A stretch of DNA of 64,000 bases from contig JAZUKV010000034.1 in assembly GCA_045643465.1 (NCBI GenBank), forward strand, positions 2,107-66,106. The letters are read 5' to 3'. A program made the position numbers and the translations under genes. Positions 41,020 to 51,304 of the stretch are shown one piece after another. Origin of the DNA: Clostridia bacterium (lineage in GTDB: Bacteria; Bacillota; Clostridia; TANB77; CAG-508). The stretch's first letter is position 1, and each line of letters begins with the position of its first letter. The notes under the pieces were generated by a model that worked only from the letters and a program-made list of their open reading frames with translations, did not search any database and was not told the DNA's origin.

Positions 41020-42681
41020 TTAGAATAAACCTACAATTTTTCCATTATTATCTATATCTATTTTTTCAGCTGCAGGTATCTTTGGAAGTCCTGGCATTGT
41101 TATAACATTTCCAGTAAATACTACTAAAAATCCAGCTCCAGATTTTATCTCAACATCTCTTACAGTTATATCAAAAGGTTGATCACAAAGTAAATTTTTA
41201 GCATCATCTGATAATGAAAATTGTGTTTTTGAAATACATACTGGTATATTAGTATAACCCATTTTTTCAAACTTAGCTATTTTTTCAATCGCTAATTCAC
41301 TATATTTTACACTAGTTGCACCATATACTTTTTTACAAACTTTTTCTATTTTTGTTTTAAAATCATCTTCCAAATCATATGAATATGTCATATTTGAATT
41401 ATCTTCTGCTAATTTAACTATTTTATTGGCTAAATCTATTGCTCCTGCACTTCCCTTTCCCCAACATTCTGTTAAGCTCATTTCAACACCTTTTTGTGCT
41501 AGAATTTTTTCTAATGCCTTTATTTCATTTTCTGTATCCATGTTGAATCTATTAATTGCAACAACAACTTTTCTATTATAAATATTTTGTATATTATCTA
41601 TATGCTTTAATAAATTTTCAGATCCTTTTTCCAAATATTCAATATTTTCTTTTTCAATTTCTTTGATATCCATTCCACCATGATATTTTAAAGCCTTAAT
41701 TGTAGCTACTATAACTACTACATTTGGTTGTATCCCTGCTATTCTTGTTTTAATATCTAAGAATTTTTCTGCTCCCAAATCTGCGCCGAATCCAGCCTCT
41801 GTTACAACATAATCTCCAAGCTTTAGTCCAAGCTTAGTTGCAATAATACTATTGCAACCATGTGCAATATTTGCAAATGGACCACCATGTATTATAACTG
41901 GATTATTTTCTAAAGTTTGAACTAAATTTGGTTTAATAGCATCTTTTAATAAAACAGTCATTGCACCTTCTGCATTCAAATCTTTTGCAGTAATTTTTTC
42001 ATCTTTCTCATTATAACCTACTACAATTTTAGAAATTCTATATTTTAAATCTTCTAAATCTTTTGATAGACAAACAATTGCCATAATTTCAGATGCAACA
42101 GAAATATCGAATCCATCCATTCTTTCTTTTGTATTTTTTTCTCCTGATAATCCAGTATTAATTTTTCTTAATTGTCTATCATTTAAATCCATACATCTTT
42201 TCCAAGTAACAGTTTTAAAATTTAATTCATTTCCATAATAAATATGATTATCAATCATGGCAGATAATAAATTATTTGCTGCAGTAATTGCATGTATATC
42301 ACCTGTAAAGTGTAAATTTATATCTTCCATTGGAAGTACTTGAGCATATCCACCTCCAGTTGCTCCACCTTTAACTCCAAAAACGGGACCTAGTGAAGGC
42401 TCTCTTAAAACTCCTATTGTTTTCTTTCCTATTTTATTTAAAGCATCTGCAATACCTATACTTACTGTAGTTTTTCCTTCTCCTAATGGAGTTGGGTTTA
42501 TCGCTGTAACTAATATCAATTTACCATTTTTTTTATTTTTTAAATCATTATTTATGTCTAAATCAATTTTGGCTTTATATTTTCCGTATTGCTCTAAATA
42601 ATCCTCAGAAATTCCAGCTTTTATAGCTATATCTTTTATATGCAATTTTTGTGCTTTTTGTGCTATTTCAATATCTCCCAT
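41020..42681 (-). CDS. fhs: Formate--tetrahydrofolate ligase
   Basis: TPLGEGKTT, HGGPFANIAHG, TEAGFG. Confidence 0.97.
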   Translation of the reverse strand: MGDIEIAQKAQKLHIKDIAIKAGISEDYLEQYGKYKAKIDLDINNDLKNKKNGKLILVTAINPTPLGEGKTTVSIGIADALNKIGKKTIGVLREPSLGPVFGVKGGATGGGYAQVLPMEDINLHFTGDIHAITAANNLLSAMIDNHIYYGNELNFKTVTWKRCMDLNDRQLRKINTGLSGEKNTKERMDGFDISVASEIMAIVCLSKDLEDLKYRISKIVVGYNEKDEKITAKDLNAEGAMTVLLKDAIKPNLVQTLENNPVIIHGGPFANIAHGCNSIIATKLGLKLGDYVVTEAGFGADLGAEKFLDIKTRIAGIQPNVVVIVATIKALKYHGGMDIKEIEKENIEYLEKGSENLLKHIDNIQNIYNRKVVVAINRFNMDTENEIKALEKILAQKGVEMSLTECWGKGSAGAIDLANKIVKLAEDNSNMTYSYDLEDDFKTKIEKVCKKVYGATSVKYSELAIEKIAKFEKMGYTNIPVCISKTQFSLSDDAKNLLCDQPFDITVRDVEIKSGAGFLVVFTGNVITMPGLPKIPAAEKIDIDNNGKIVGLF

Positions 42682-42846
42682 AATACTTCCTCCTATGCAG
42701 ATTTTATTTATTACATTCTATATTCAAATTAAAAATTTTTCCACTATTTTATTAAAATTTTTTAATAATTTTTTATTAATAATAAAAAAGCACCAAAAAA
42801 GCTATAATTAATTTTTTATGCTTTCCTGATACTTTATTATATTACA

Positions 42847-43290
42847 TTATATTATTAATCCAACTACTATTCCTATTAATGCTCCAACTAAAACTTGCAT
42901 AGGAGTATGTCCTAAAACTTCTACTAATTTTTCTTGAACTTGAACCCCTGTCAAACCTGGTGTTTGAACTATTTTATTAAGTAATTTAGCTTGTTTTCCT
43001 GCTGCTCTTCTAACTCCGGCCGCATCATACATAACAACTGCAGCAAAAACTACCGATAATGCAAAAATCGGAGAATCTGCGCCATATTCTCTTGAAATCA
43101 TTGCTGCTAGTGCAGTTACTACGGCAGAATGAGAGCTTGGCATTCCACCAGCTCCAAGTATTCTTTTAAAATTAAATTGTTTAGTTTTTATCAAATCATA
43201 TGTTACCTTAAATGCTTGTATGAAAAACCATACTGCAAACGGAACTATTATAAACTTATATTGTTGAAAAAATTTTATCATTTTTATCAC
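42847..43290 (-). CDS. Divergent PAP2 family protein
   Basis: GGMPSSHS, YDAAGVRR, LGHTP. Confidence 0.92.
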   Translation of the reverse strand: MIKMIKFFQQYKFIIVPFAVWFFIQAFKVTYDLIKTKQFNFKRILGAGGMPSSHSAVVTALAAMISREYGADSPIFALSVVFAAVVMYDAAGVRRAAGKQAKLLNKIVQTPGLTGVQVQEKLVEVLGHTPMQVLVGALIGIVVGLII

Positions 43291-43300
43291 CTGCTACTCT

Positions 43301-43540
43301 CTATTTAACTTCACTAGTTTCAAATTTTTCTTCTGCAAAATTATCATTTCCATCATTAATTAAAATAGTAATTCTTTTCTCTGCATTTTCTAATATTTCA
43401 CTGCATTTTTTTGATAATTTCATTCCTTCTTCAAATTTTTCAACTGCCTTATCTAAATCTAAATCATTTTTTTCTAATTGATCCGCAATTTCTTCTAATT
43501 TTTTCATTGCCTCTTCAAAATTCATGTCTTTTTCGCTCAT
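43301..43540 (-). CDS. xseB: Exodeoxyribonuclease VII small subunit
   Basis: FEEAMKKLEEI..FEEG..C..L..AE. Confidence 0.95.
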   Translation of the reverse strand: MSEKDMNFEEAMKKLEEIADQLEKNDLDLDKAVEKFEEGMKLSKKCSEILENAEKRITILINDGNDNFAEEKFETSEVK

Positions 43541-43556
43541 CGACTAACCTCTCTAT

Positions 43557-44013
43557 CTATTTAGAAATTTTACCTGTTTTTGGATTTACTGTATACCAAG
43601 CTAATTCACTAGTAGTATTAGAATCTCTTACAACAATTTCGTAATTTCCATTTCCACTTATATTCTCAATTTTAAAATATACTCCATCAGTTGTTCCCCA
43701 ATCATCTTTAACTAACTTTAAAGCTTTTTCTTCATCTGATAAAGTTTGTATTTCTGTATCATTTATATTATTTTCATTACCATTATTATTTTTTTCTGTT
43801 ATTACATTATTGTTATTTTCAATTTTATTGTTTACTTGATTTTCTATTACATTATTTTTTGTTATATTATTTTCAATTTTGTTCATTGGGCTAACTTGCT
43901 CTTTATCATTTTTTTTATCAAAATTAAAAATATATGTATACCCTAAAAATCCGGGCTATACCTAAAATCATTAATATTAATACTATAATCATATATTTTG
44001 CACTTTTACTCAT
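43557..44013 (-). pseudogene. Membrane-anchored Asn-rich protein split by a +1 frameshift at 43953
   Basis: RBS AAAGGAG + ATG at 44013; removing one C at GCC-C-GGA gives a continuous TM helix fused to the 43557-43886 ORF. Confidence 0.7.
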
Positions 44014-44035
44014 CTTATCTCCTTTGTATCCTCCT

Positions 44036-45223
44036 TTACATTATTTTTGCTTTTGCATTTCCATCAATTAGTTTTACGCTTACTTCATCACCTTTTTTTA
44101 GCTCTTTAACAGTTTTTACAATTTTGTTATCTTTTTCTATCAAAGAATATCCCCTAGTTAATGTTTTAAGAGGACTTAATGTATCTAGTTTTGTTATAAG
44201 CTCAACCATTTTTGTTTTATTTATTTGTATTTTATTATTTATAGCAATTTGCATATTCTTATTTATTTTATCTAATTGTAAATATCTTTCTTGTACATTT
44301 TGTAGTGGATTACTAAATACCCTATTCGTCATACATTTTTCGTAGCGTAATTTCATTATTTCTATTTTTTTCTTTAATGCATTCTTATATCTTAAATTAT
44401 AATTGTCTAATTTTAAAATAATATCAGATATATTTGGAACTGCAAGCTCTGCTGCTGCTGAAGGCGTTGGAGCTCTTAAATCTGCTACAAAATCAGATAT
44501 TGAAAAATCAGTTTCATGTCCAACTGCTGAAATTATAGGTAATTCAGATTCAAAAATTGCTCTTGCTACAATTTCTTCATTAAATGGCCATAGATCTTCT
44601 AATGAACCTCCACCTCTTGCCAAAATTATTACATCTGCTAACTTTTGCTCATTCATTATTTTTATTGCTTTAGCTATTTTTATCGCTGCCCCTTCTCCTT
44701 GAACAGGTACTGGCAACAATTTAATATTTACATTTGGATTTCTTCTTGTTGAAACATTTATAATATCTCTTATTACAGCTCCTGTATTAGATGTTAGTAC
44801 TCCTATACATTTCGGCATTTTTGGTATTGCTTTTTTATATTTTGGATCAAATAATCCTTCTTGCTCTAATTTTGCCTTAAGCTCTTCATATGCCACATGC
44901 AAACTTCCAAGTCCATCTTCTTGCATTGCTTTACAATATATTTGGTAAACACCATCTCTTTCAAAAACAGAAACAGTACCTAGAATAATAACTTTCATAC
45001 CATCTCTTGGTACAAAATTTAGATTTGCTGTATATGACTTAAACATAATACACTTAATTAAAGAATTCTCATCTTTTAAAGTAAAATACATATGCCCTGT
45101 ATAATGATGTTTAAAATTAGAAATTTCACCTTTTATTAATACATTATTTAAATATTCATCTTTATTAAATTTATCTTTTATGTACAGGTTTAGCTCTGTA
45201 ACTGTAATTGGACTATATTCCAT
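44036..45223 (-). CDS. xseA: Exodeoxyribonuclease VII large subunit
   Basis: GHMYFTLKD, RGGGSLEDL, GHETD, PTPSAAAE. Confidence 0.96.
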   Translation of the reverse strand: MEYSPITVTELNLYIKDKFNKDEYLNNVLIKGEISNFKHHYTGHMYFTLKDENSLIKCIMFKSYTANLNFVPRDGMKVIILGTVSVFERDGVYQIYCKAMQEDGLGSLHVAYEELKAKLEQEGLFDPKYKKAIPKMPKCIGVLTSNTGAVIRDIINVSTRRNPNVNIKLLPVPVQGEGAAIKIAKAIKIMNEQKLADVIILARGGGSLEDLWPFNEEIVARAIFESELPIISAVGHETDFSISDFVADLRAPTPSAAAELAVPNISDIILKLDNYNLRYKNALKKKIEIMKLRYEKCMTNRVFSNPLQNVQERYLQLDKINKNMQIAINNKIQINKTKMVELITKLDTLSPLKTLTRGYSLIEKDNKIVKTVKELKKGDEVSVKLIDGNAKAKIM

Positions 45224-45237
45224 CTATAAACCTCTTC

Positions 45238-45648
45238 CTATTCTGTGATATTGTTATCCTTTACAACACTAGCTAATATTCCATTAATAAATGAAGCTGA
45301 AGTTTCTTCTCCATATTTTTTTGCTAATTCAACAGCTTCGTTTATAGAAATTTTGTATGGTAATTTATTATAAATAATTTCATAAATAGCAATTTTTAAA
45401 ATTGTCATATTTATTTTTGAAACACGCTCTATATTCCAGCCTGATTTCAAATTTTTAGCAATCTCTTCTTTTAAATTTTCTTCTAAACTTATTATTTTAA
45501 GTACATTATTTTTAATGCTTTCTTTATCTTTTTCAGATAATTCAGTATCTTCTAAATAAATATTAATTTGATCTTCATTTTCACATTTTTGAACTTCTAA
45601 ACTATAAATTAATTTGAATATTTCTTCTCTTATCTTTGACTTATTCAT
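45238..45648 (-). CDS. nusB: Transcription antitermination factor NusB
   Basis: W.IER..INEAVELAKKY..FINGIL. Confidence 0.94.
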   Translation of the reverse strand: MNKSKIREEIFKLIYSLEVQKCENEDQINIYLEDTELSEKDKESIKNNVLKIISLEENLKEEIAKNLKSGWNIERVSKINMTILKIAIYEIIYNKLPYKISINEAVELAKKYGEETSASFINGILASVVKDNNITE

Positions 45649-45665
45649 AAAAATTACATTCCCTT

Positions 45666-45869
45666 CTACATTTTGTCTATTAAGTTCTTTAGTTTTTCTT
45701 TTACAGTTTCTTTATTCTTTTGAATATAATTTCCTGACCATGCACCTAAAACTATAATAATTATCGCTATTATAAATCTATACAAACTAGTACATGCTAA
45801 AATAAGAGCTATAATTCCACCTATTATCATACCACCATATTTGTGAAAAAAATTTTTGAACTCGTCCAT
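45666..45869 (-). CDS. DUF2273 small membrane protein
   Basis: Two TM helices; asp23-amaP-DUF2273-nusB synteny. Confidence 0.8.
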   Translation of the reverse strand: MDEFKNFFHKYGGMIIGGIIALILACTSLYRFIIAIIIIVLGAWSGNYIQKNKETVKEKLKNLIDKM

Positions 45870-45886
45870 TGTAAATTACCTCCACT

Positions 45887-46549
45887 TTAATTCTCTGTTT
45901 TATTTTCTACTTCTATTAAGTTAGCTTGCTCATTTTCTGATTTTTTTTCTTCTAATTTAGCTTTTTCTTTTTGTTCGATTTTTTCTTGTTTTTCTATTGT
46001 TTTCTCATCACTATCAATTTTAATATTAACTTGCTTTACTTCTAAATCAAAGTTTTCTTTTATTTGATCTTTAATTTTCATTTGTAATCCTACAGTTAAA
46101 TCTCTAACATTTTGAGTAGAGCCTAATAAAACTGCTATGTATATGCTTAAATAATTTGCTGGATCTATATCAACTGTAACATTAATATTATTTACCAATT
46201 CCATTGATTGTTTTATTATTCCTTTTACTGCATTTTCTATAGCATTTTTTGATATCAATAATTTTCCTGAATCATTTTCAAGTAAAATATCATTTGCTGT
46301 AGCCTTTTTTATCTCTTTTCTTTTTCTAAAAAATAAACATCTTATAGATAATAATATAAATACTACAGAAATTAATAATGCTATTATAACTAATGCTGTA
46401 TCTGATAATACATAATCTATACAATTTTTAATATTATCAACTGATATAATATTAAATAATATTAAACAGATTGTTATTGAAATTATTAACATTAGTAATG
46501 AATATAAAATTAAAACAAATTTTTCTAAAATTTTCATAAAAAAATTCAT
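45887..46549 (-). CDS. amaP: Alkaline shock response membrane anchor AmaP
   Basis: Two TM helices, G.L.IS..AIE; synteny; start probably MNFF/MKIL rather than ORF-track start. Confidence 0.78.
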   Translation of the reverse strand: MNFFMKILEKFVLILYSLLMLIISITICLILFNIISVDNIKNCIDYVLSDTALVIIALLISVVFILLSIRCLFFRKRKEIKKATANDILLENDSGKLLISKNAIENAVKGIIKQSMELVNNINVTVDIDPANYLSIYIAVLLGSTQNVRDLTVGLQMKIKDQIKENFDLEVKQVNIKIDSDEKTIEKQEKIEQKEKAKLEEKKSENEQANLIEVENKTEN

Positions 46550-46646
46550 TCCCCGCTTTCTAAAATATATAATTCTAACATTAACTAAAAAACTATCAGA
46601 CATATAAAAACTAAATTGAGCTTTCAAGCCCAATTTAGTTAATAAA

Positions 46647-47072
46647 TTACTCTGTTACTTCCTTTCTCTCTGTATTAGTATTTACTCCTTGAACATGAAC
46701 GTTAACTTCAGTTACTTTTAAGCCTGTCATTGTTTCAACAGATTTTTTAACTTTTGTTTGAATTTCAAAAGCTATTTCTGGTATTCTAACTCCATATTCA
46801 ACTATAATATTAACATCAATTTTTGCATCTTTTTCAGTTACAACAACTTTTATTCCTTTAGCAAGGTTTTTCTTTCCGCTCAATACTTCGCTGATTCCAC
46901 CTGCAAAACCACCAGACATTTCATAAACACCTTTTATTTCTGAAACAGCTTTTCCCGCAATAACAGCAACAACTTCATCAGCAATTCTTAATTTATTATT
47001 ATTATCTCCATCATTAACGACCATTTCGTTTGATTGAACATTCATCATTTCATTATTGTTCTCATTCTCCAT
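46647..47072 (-). CDS. Asp23/Gls24 family protein
   Basis: IADEVVAVIAG..VEYG..MTGL.V..VNVHVQG. Confidence 0.93.
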   Translation of the reverse strand: MENENNNEMMNVQSNEMVVNDGDNNNKLRIADEVVAVIAGKAVSEIKGVYEMSGGFAGGISEVLSGKKNLAKGIKVVVTEKDAKIDVNIIVEYGVRIPEIAFEIQTKVKKSVETMTGLKVTEVNVHVQGVNTNTERKEVTE

Positions 47073-47168
47073 AAAAAATACCTCCTACTGATATATTTTG
47101 CACTATAAGTATATCAATTTATACTAAATATTACAAGCTTTTATTTACATTTTTTGTAAACATCCTTT

Positions 47169-48314
47169 TTATACAAACTCTTCCCAAACTATATTAGCAA
47201 AATCGATTCCTTTATTAGTTAAATATATTTTTTCATTATCAAAATATATTAATTTTTCTTTTTGCAATTTTTCTAATTGTTTTTTATATTTTTCTAATAC
47301 ATCTTGATGAAATATTTCTTTGAACTTTTTTACATTTACTCCGTCAATCATTCTTAACCCTAAAATCATATATTCATTCATTTTACTTTCAATATTTTGC
47401 ACTTCATGAATTTCAACGTTTTTTTCGATTTCTTTATTTTCTAGATTCCTTATATATTTTTCTACATCACAAATGTTTGAATATCTTTTCATATTAAAGT
47501 AAGAATGGGCTGCTGCTCCAAATCCTATATATTCTTTTTGTTTCCAACAATCTGTATTATGCCTTGAATAATATCCTGCTTTAGAAAAATTAGATATTTC
47601 ATATTGATTATACCCATTTTTCTTTAAATAATTCTTCACTAGCCAATACATATCTCGCTCTAAATTTTCATCTGGCAATACTAATTTTTGTTCATCAACT
47701 AAATCTTTTAATTTTGTATTTTCTTCTAATATTAAGGAATATACTGAAATATGCTCTGGATTTTTTCCAATAATTATATTTAAACTTTCTTGAACATTTT
47801 GTAGTGTTTGTGTTGGTAATCCTATCATTAAATCTACATTTATATTTTTAAATCCTACTGCTCTCGCAATTTCATATGTATGTTCAAAATCACTATATTT
47901 ATGTATTCTTCCAATTAAACTTAATAATTTATCATTAGTAGATTGCAATCCTATACTTAATCTATTAATTCCTATCCTATAATAATATTTTAATTTTTCT
48001 GCATTTACAGTTCCTGGATTAACCTCTATTGTTATTTCTGCATTCTCATCTAATTTAAATTTATTTTTAATTTCATTTAATATTTCATTTATTTCTTCGT
48101 ATTTTAAAATAGATGGAGTTCCTCCACCTATATAAATTGTTTTTACAATAATATTTTCATTTTCTTCAAAATTATGAATCTCTTTTAATAACGCACTTAC
48201 ATATTCATCTTCCAGATTGTGAATGGTATCATATGAACAAAAATCACAATAAAAACATTTCTTTTTGCAAAATGGAATATGTATGTATATACCAATTTCT
48301 CTCATTGCTTTCAC
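47169..48314 (-). CDS. hemW: Radical SAM heme chaperone HemW
   Basis: YIHIPFC..KC.YCDF, GGGTPS, YEISNF. Confidence 0.92.
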   Translation of the reverse strand: MKAMREIGIYIHIPFCKKKCFYCDFCSYDTIHNLEDEYVSALLKEIHNFEENENIIVKTIYIGGGTPSILKYEEINEILNEIKNKFKLDENAEITIEVNPGTVNAEKLKYYYRIGINRLSIGLQSTNDKLLSLIGRIHKYSDFEHTYEIARAVGFKNINVDLMIGLPTQTLQNVQESLNIIIGKNPEHISVYSLILEENTKLKDLVDEQKLVLPDENLERDMYWLVKNYLKKNGYNQYEISNFSKAGYYSRHNTDCWKQKEYIGFGAAAHSYFNMKRYSNICDVEKYIRNLENKEIEKNVEIHEVQNIESKMNEYMILGLRMIDGVNVKKFKEIFHQDVLEKYKKQLEKLQKEKLIYFDNEKIYLTNKGIDFANIVWEEFV

Positions 48315-49196
48315 CTAACTATTTTTTAATTCATCTGCAAATTTTGAAATAGCTGATAATCTATGGCTAATTCCTGATTTACTTATTGTATTTTCCATCA
48401 AAATTACTAATTCGGATAATGATGCTTCTGGATGTGCTAATCTTAAATTAGCTATATCTTGTAAGCTCTCTGATAATTCACCAAATTTTCGTTTTGCTTT
48501 AATATATTTTATATCATCAATCTGCTTTTGACCTGCTTGAAGGGTCTTTGAAAAATTAGCTGTTTCACAATTTACTAATCTATTTAAATTATTACTTGTA
48601 TCTCTTATAACTCTAGTCTCTTCAAATTTTAAAACAGCATTATTTGCACCAATAAATGCTAAAAATTTTGAAATCTCTTCTCCTTCTTTTATATATATAA
48701 CAAAAGAATTTTCTTTTTTTAATTTTTTAGTATTTATTGTATAAAATTTCAATATATCTGATACATAATTTAAATTTTCATCATTATCTAAATTTAGCTC
48801 TAAATGATATTTTTTATTTGGATTATTTACATATCCACTTCCTAAAAACACACCTCTAATTAATGATTTATCTAGATTTTCATCTCTATTAAAATTCTTT
48901 ATATAAAAATTCTTTTTGTCAAAATTTAAATAATCTAATTCTATATTATGCTTATATTCTATATAAAAAGTCTTTCCTTTTATATCAATTTTATAATTTT
49001 CTATATTACAATTTTTTACAATTTTGGCAAATCTGTTAATGTTATAATCACTTTCTGTTGAAAACTTTACATTTTCATTATTTTTTACACAATTAGAGCT
49101 TAACAGATATCCGATGAATTCCATTTTTACTTGATCTTTTTTAGCTAAATTATTAATTTTACTAAGTTCCATTTTTACATCTGAAGAAAAAGACAT
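48315..49196 (-). CDS. whiA: DNA-binding protein WhiA
   Basis: MSFSSDVK.EL, YHLE, NRLVNCETAN, SKSGISHRL. Confidence 0.93.
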   Translation of the reverse strand: MSFSSDVKMELSKINNLAKKDQVKMEFIGYLLSSNCVKNNENVKFSTESDYNINRFAKIVKNCNIENYKIDIKGKTFYIEYKHNIELDYLNFDKKNFYIKNFNRDENLDKSLIRGVFLGSGYVNNPNKKYHLELNLDNDENLNYVSDILKFYTINTKKLKKENSFVIYIKEGEEISKFLAFIGANNAVLKFEETRVIRDTSNNLNRLVNCETANFSKTLQAGQKQIDDIKYIKAKRKFGELSESLQDIANLRLAHPEASLSELVILMENTISKSGISHRLSAISKFADELKNS

Positions 49197-49199
49197 ACC

Positions 49200-50042
49200 T
49201 TACCCCCTTACTGTAGCTATGATTGCTCTATCATTATTTCCTAAATCTTTCTTTAAATAAATATTTTTATAGTTTTCTTGATTCAAAATTTTTTCTACAC
49301 TTAACTTTTGATTGTACCCGATTTCTAAGAAAATTTTGCCTTCCGGTTTTAAAAATTTTATTGCTTCTTTTGCAATTATTCTATAAAACTTTAATCCATC
49401 TTTCCCACCATCTAATGCTATATGTGGTTCATTTTTTACTTGCATATCTAAGGTTCCTATAATATCTGTTTCTATATATGGAGGATTTGAAACTATAATA
49501 TCAAAATTTTTTTCATCTATATTTTTAAACATATCTGATTCAAAAAATATAATTTTATTGTGAACACCATTTTTTTCTGAATTTAATTTAGCTATTTGGA
49601 TTGCTTTTTCACTTATATCTGAAACAAAAACTTGTGAATTCGGTAAATATTTTGCTAAACTTATTCCTATTGCACCACTACCAGTACATAAATCTAATAT
49701 TTTACACTTTTCATTTTTATATTGTTCAATAATCTCTTCTACTAAAATTTCTGTATCAGGTTGTGGTATTAATACATTTTCATCCACATAAAATTCTAAT
49801 TTCATAAATTCTTGTTTATTTGTTATATATTGAATAGGAATACCACTTTTTAATTTCTCTATATATTTTTTAAATTCTTGGACTTTATAATCATCAATTT
49901 CATTTTCTAAATAAATAATTATTTTTTGTTTTTCTATCCCAAATACATATTCAATTAACATTTTTAAAATTATATCTGAATCTTCTATATTATGCTCTTT
50001 TAATATTATTTTTCCATAATCTAATACTTCTTTTAAAATCAT
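49200..50042 (-). CDS. prmC: Release factor glutamine methyltransferase
   Basis: VLIPQPDTE, DLCTGSG, SNPPY. Confidence 0.94.
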   Translation of the reverse strand: MILKEVLDYGKIILKEHNIEDSDIILKMLIEYVFGIEKQKIIIYLENEIDDYKVQEFKKYIEKLKSGIPIQYITNKQEFMKLEFYVDENVLIPQPDTEILVEEIIEQYKNEKCKILDLCTGSGAIGISLAKYLPNSQVFVSDISEKAIQIAKLNSEKNGVHNKIIFFESDMFKNIDEKNFDIIVSNPPYIETDIIGTLDMQVKNEPHIALDGGKDGLKFYRIIAKEAIKFLKPEGKIFLEIGYNQKLSVEKILNQENYKNIYLKKDLGNNDRAIIATVRG

Positions 50043-50078
50043 ATATTATTCTTCCTTTTTTATAAAAATAGGCATAAA

Positions 50079-50265
50079 AAAACCCCCACTTTAGCCGTTA
50101 AGTTTAGTGAAATTTTAAGGACCTGCTTTCACAGGTGGGTATCTTGTTAAATGCTCCTGGGCTTCTTAGTTTAACTAAGCTTGCACGCCACATTTAAAGG
50201 CAGATTCCCGTTTAATCCGCGTTGGTTCTAAAATTCCATTCTACACGTACTATGCAGGGATTTTC
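50079..50265 (-). ncRNA. ssrS: 6S RNA
   Basis: ~185-nt GC-richer intergenic with Firmicute 6S blocks CCCTG..GAACCAAC..AAACGGGA..GGCGTGC..CCCACCTG..AACGGC..GTGGGGG; ends pair. Confidence 0.85.
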
Positions 50266-50355
50266 TTAATATATATTCTCTTTTGTTATTGATATATTAT
50301 CATATTTTTTATTCAATTTCAAGTGTTTTTTATAAAAAATTCATATTCTCTTACT

Positions 50356-51081
50356 CTACCAAAGATCTTCCAATTTATACTCTTTTTCTAGTTTCTCATT
50401 AAGATATATTTTGGTTATTAAATCTAGCTCTTTTATAGATTCTTCTGGAATATCAAATGAAAAAATTTTTTTTGGCTCTGCCAATGAAACAAATTTTATT
50501 GCATCATATGTTGTAGGACTTATTGTAATTGCAGATTTATCAAATCTTCCACATTCTTCACACTTTACAGAATTGTCTTTAATGCTGAAAAACTTTATAT
50601 TATTATCTTTTTCACAGATTCTACATTTGTTTATTTGAGGTTTAAACCCCATAATGCATAATAATCGCAATCTAAAAACAGATAATACTAAATTTAAATC
50701 CTTATCCGTTTCTGAAATAATATATAATGTATTTAACAATAACTGTAGCATTCTATATGTATTTTGATTTTCATCTGTTACATCATTTACAATTTTAGAA
50801 ATATGTACTGCATATTTTAATTTATCTAAATCTGTTCTTATGTTATAAAAAACTTCTATTGTTTCGCATGAGTTTATCTTGTAACTGTTATTTCCTTTAA
50901 ATATCATATAATCACCGAAACATAAATATTGCGTTCCAGCCATAAGGGAACTATTATTTCTTCTAGCTCCCTTCGCTGAACAGCCAATTTTTCCAAAAGG
51001 AGTTAGCATTGTAACCATTTTATCAAAATCGCCCATATTATTTTCCAATAATATTATCCCTTTTGTTTTCAAACTCCCCAT
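50356..51081 (-). CDS. recO: DNA repair protein RecO
   Basis: DK.VTMLT..AKGAR; C-terminal CxxC..CxxC; follows era. Confidence 0.93.
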   Translation of the reverse strand: MGSLKTKGIILLENNMGDFDKMVTMLTPFGKIGCSAKGARRNNSSLMAGTQYLCFGDYMIFKGNNSYKINSCETIEVFYNIRTDLDKLKYAVHISKIVNDVTDENQNTYRMLQLLLNTLYIISETDKDLNLVLSVFRLRLLCIMGFKPQINKCRICEKDNNIKFFSIKDNSVKCEECGRFDKSAITISPTTYDAIKFVSLAEPKKIFSFDIPEESIKELDLITKIYLNEKLEKEYKLEDLW

Positions 51082-51226
51082 AATTATTCACCTTATTGTT
51101 ATTATCTATATCGTTTTTTACTATATTTTTTTCTATATTTTCAAATTGTAATAATTCTAAATACGTATTTATATCTCCTGTGTTTTTAAATGTATTCCAT
51201 GCCATTTGTTTTATCATATGAATCAT
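51038..51226 (-). CDS. YqzL family protein
   Basis: AWNTFKNTGDINTYL between era and recO. Confidence 0.85.
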   Translation of the reverse strand: MIHMIKQMAWNTFKNTGDINTYLELLQFENIEKNIVKNDIDNNNKVNNYGEFENKRDNIIGK

Positions 51227-51304
51227 CTCCCTAATTGATATTCTAAATTATGCTTAATTTATATATCCATATCTTTTGCTTTTTTTATTTTTTTATACAA
51301 TTAT

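Noticed and set aside
42682-42846. THF or ZTP riboswitch upstream of fhs
   Set aside because: Region is almost pure A/T apart from one terminator-like hairpin; no aptamer motifs seen.
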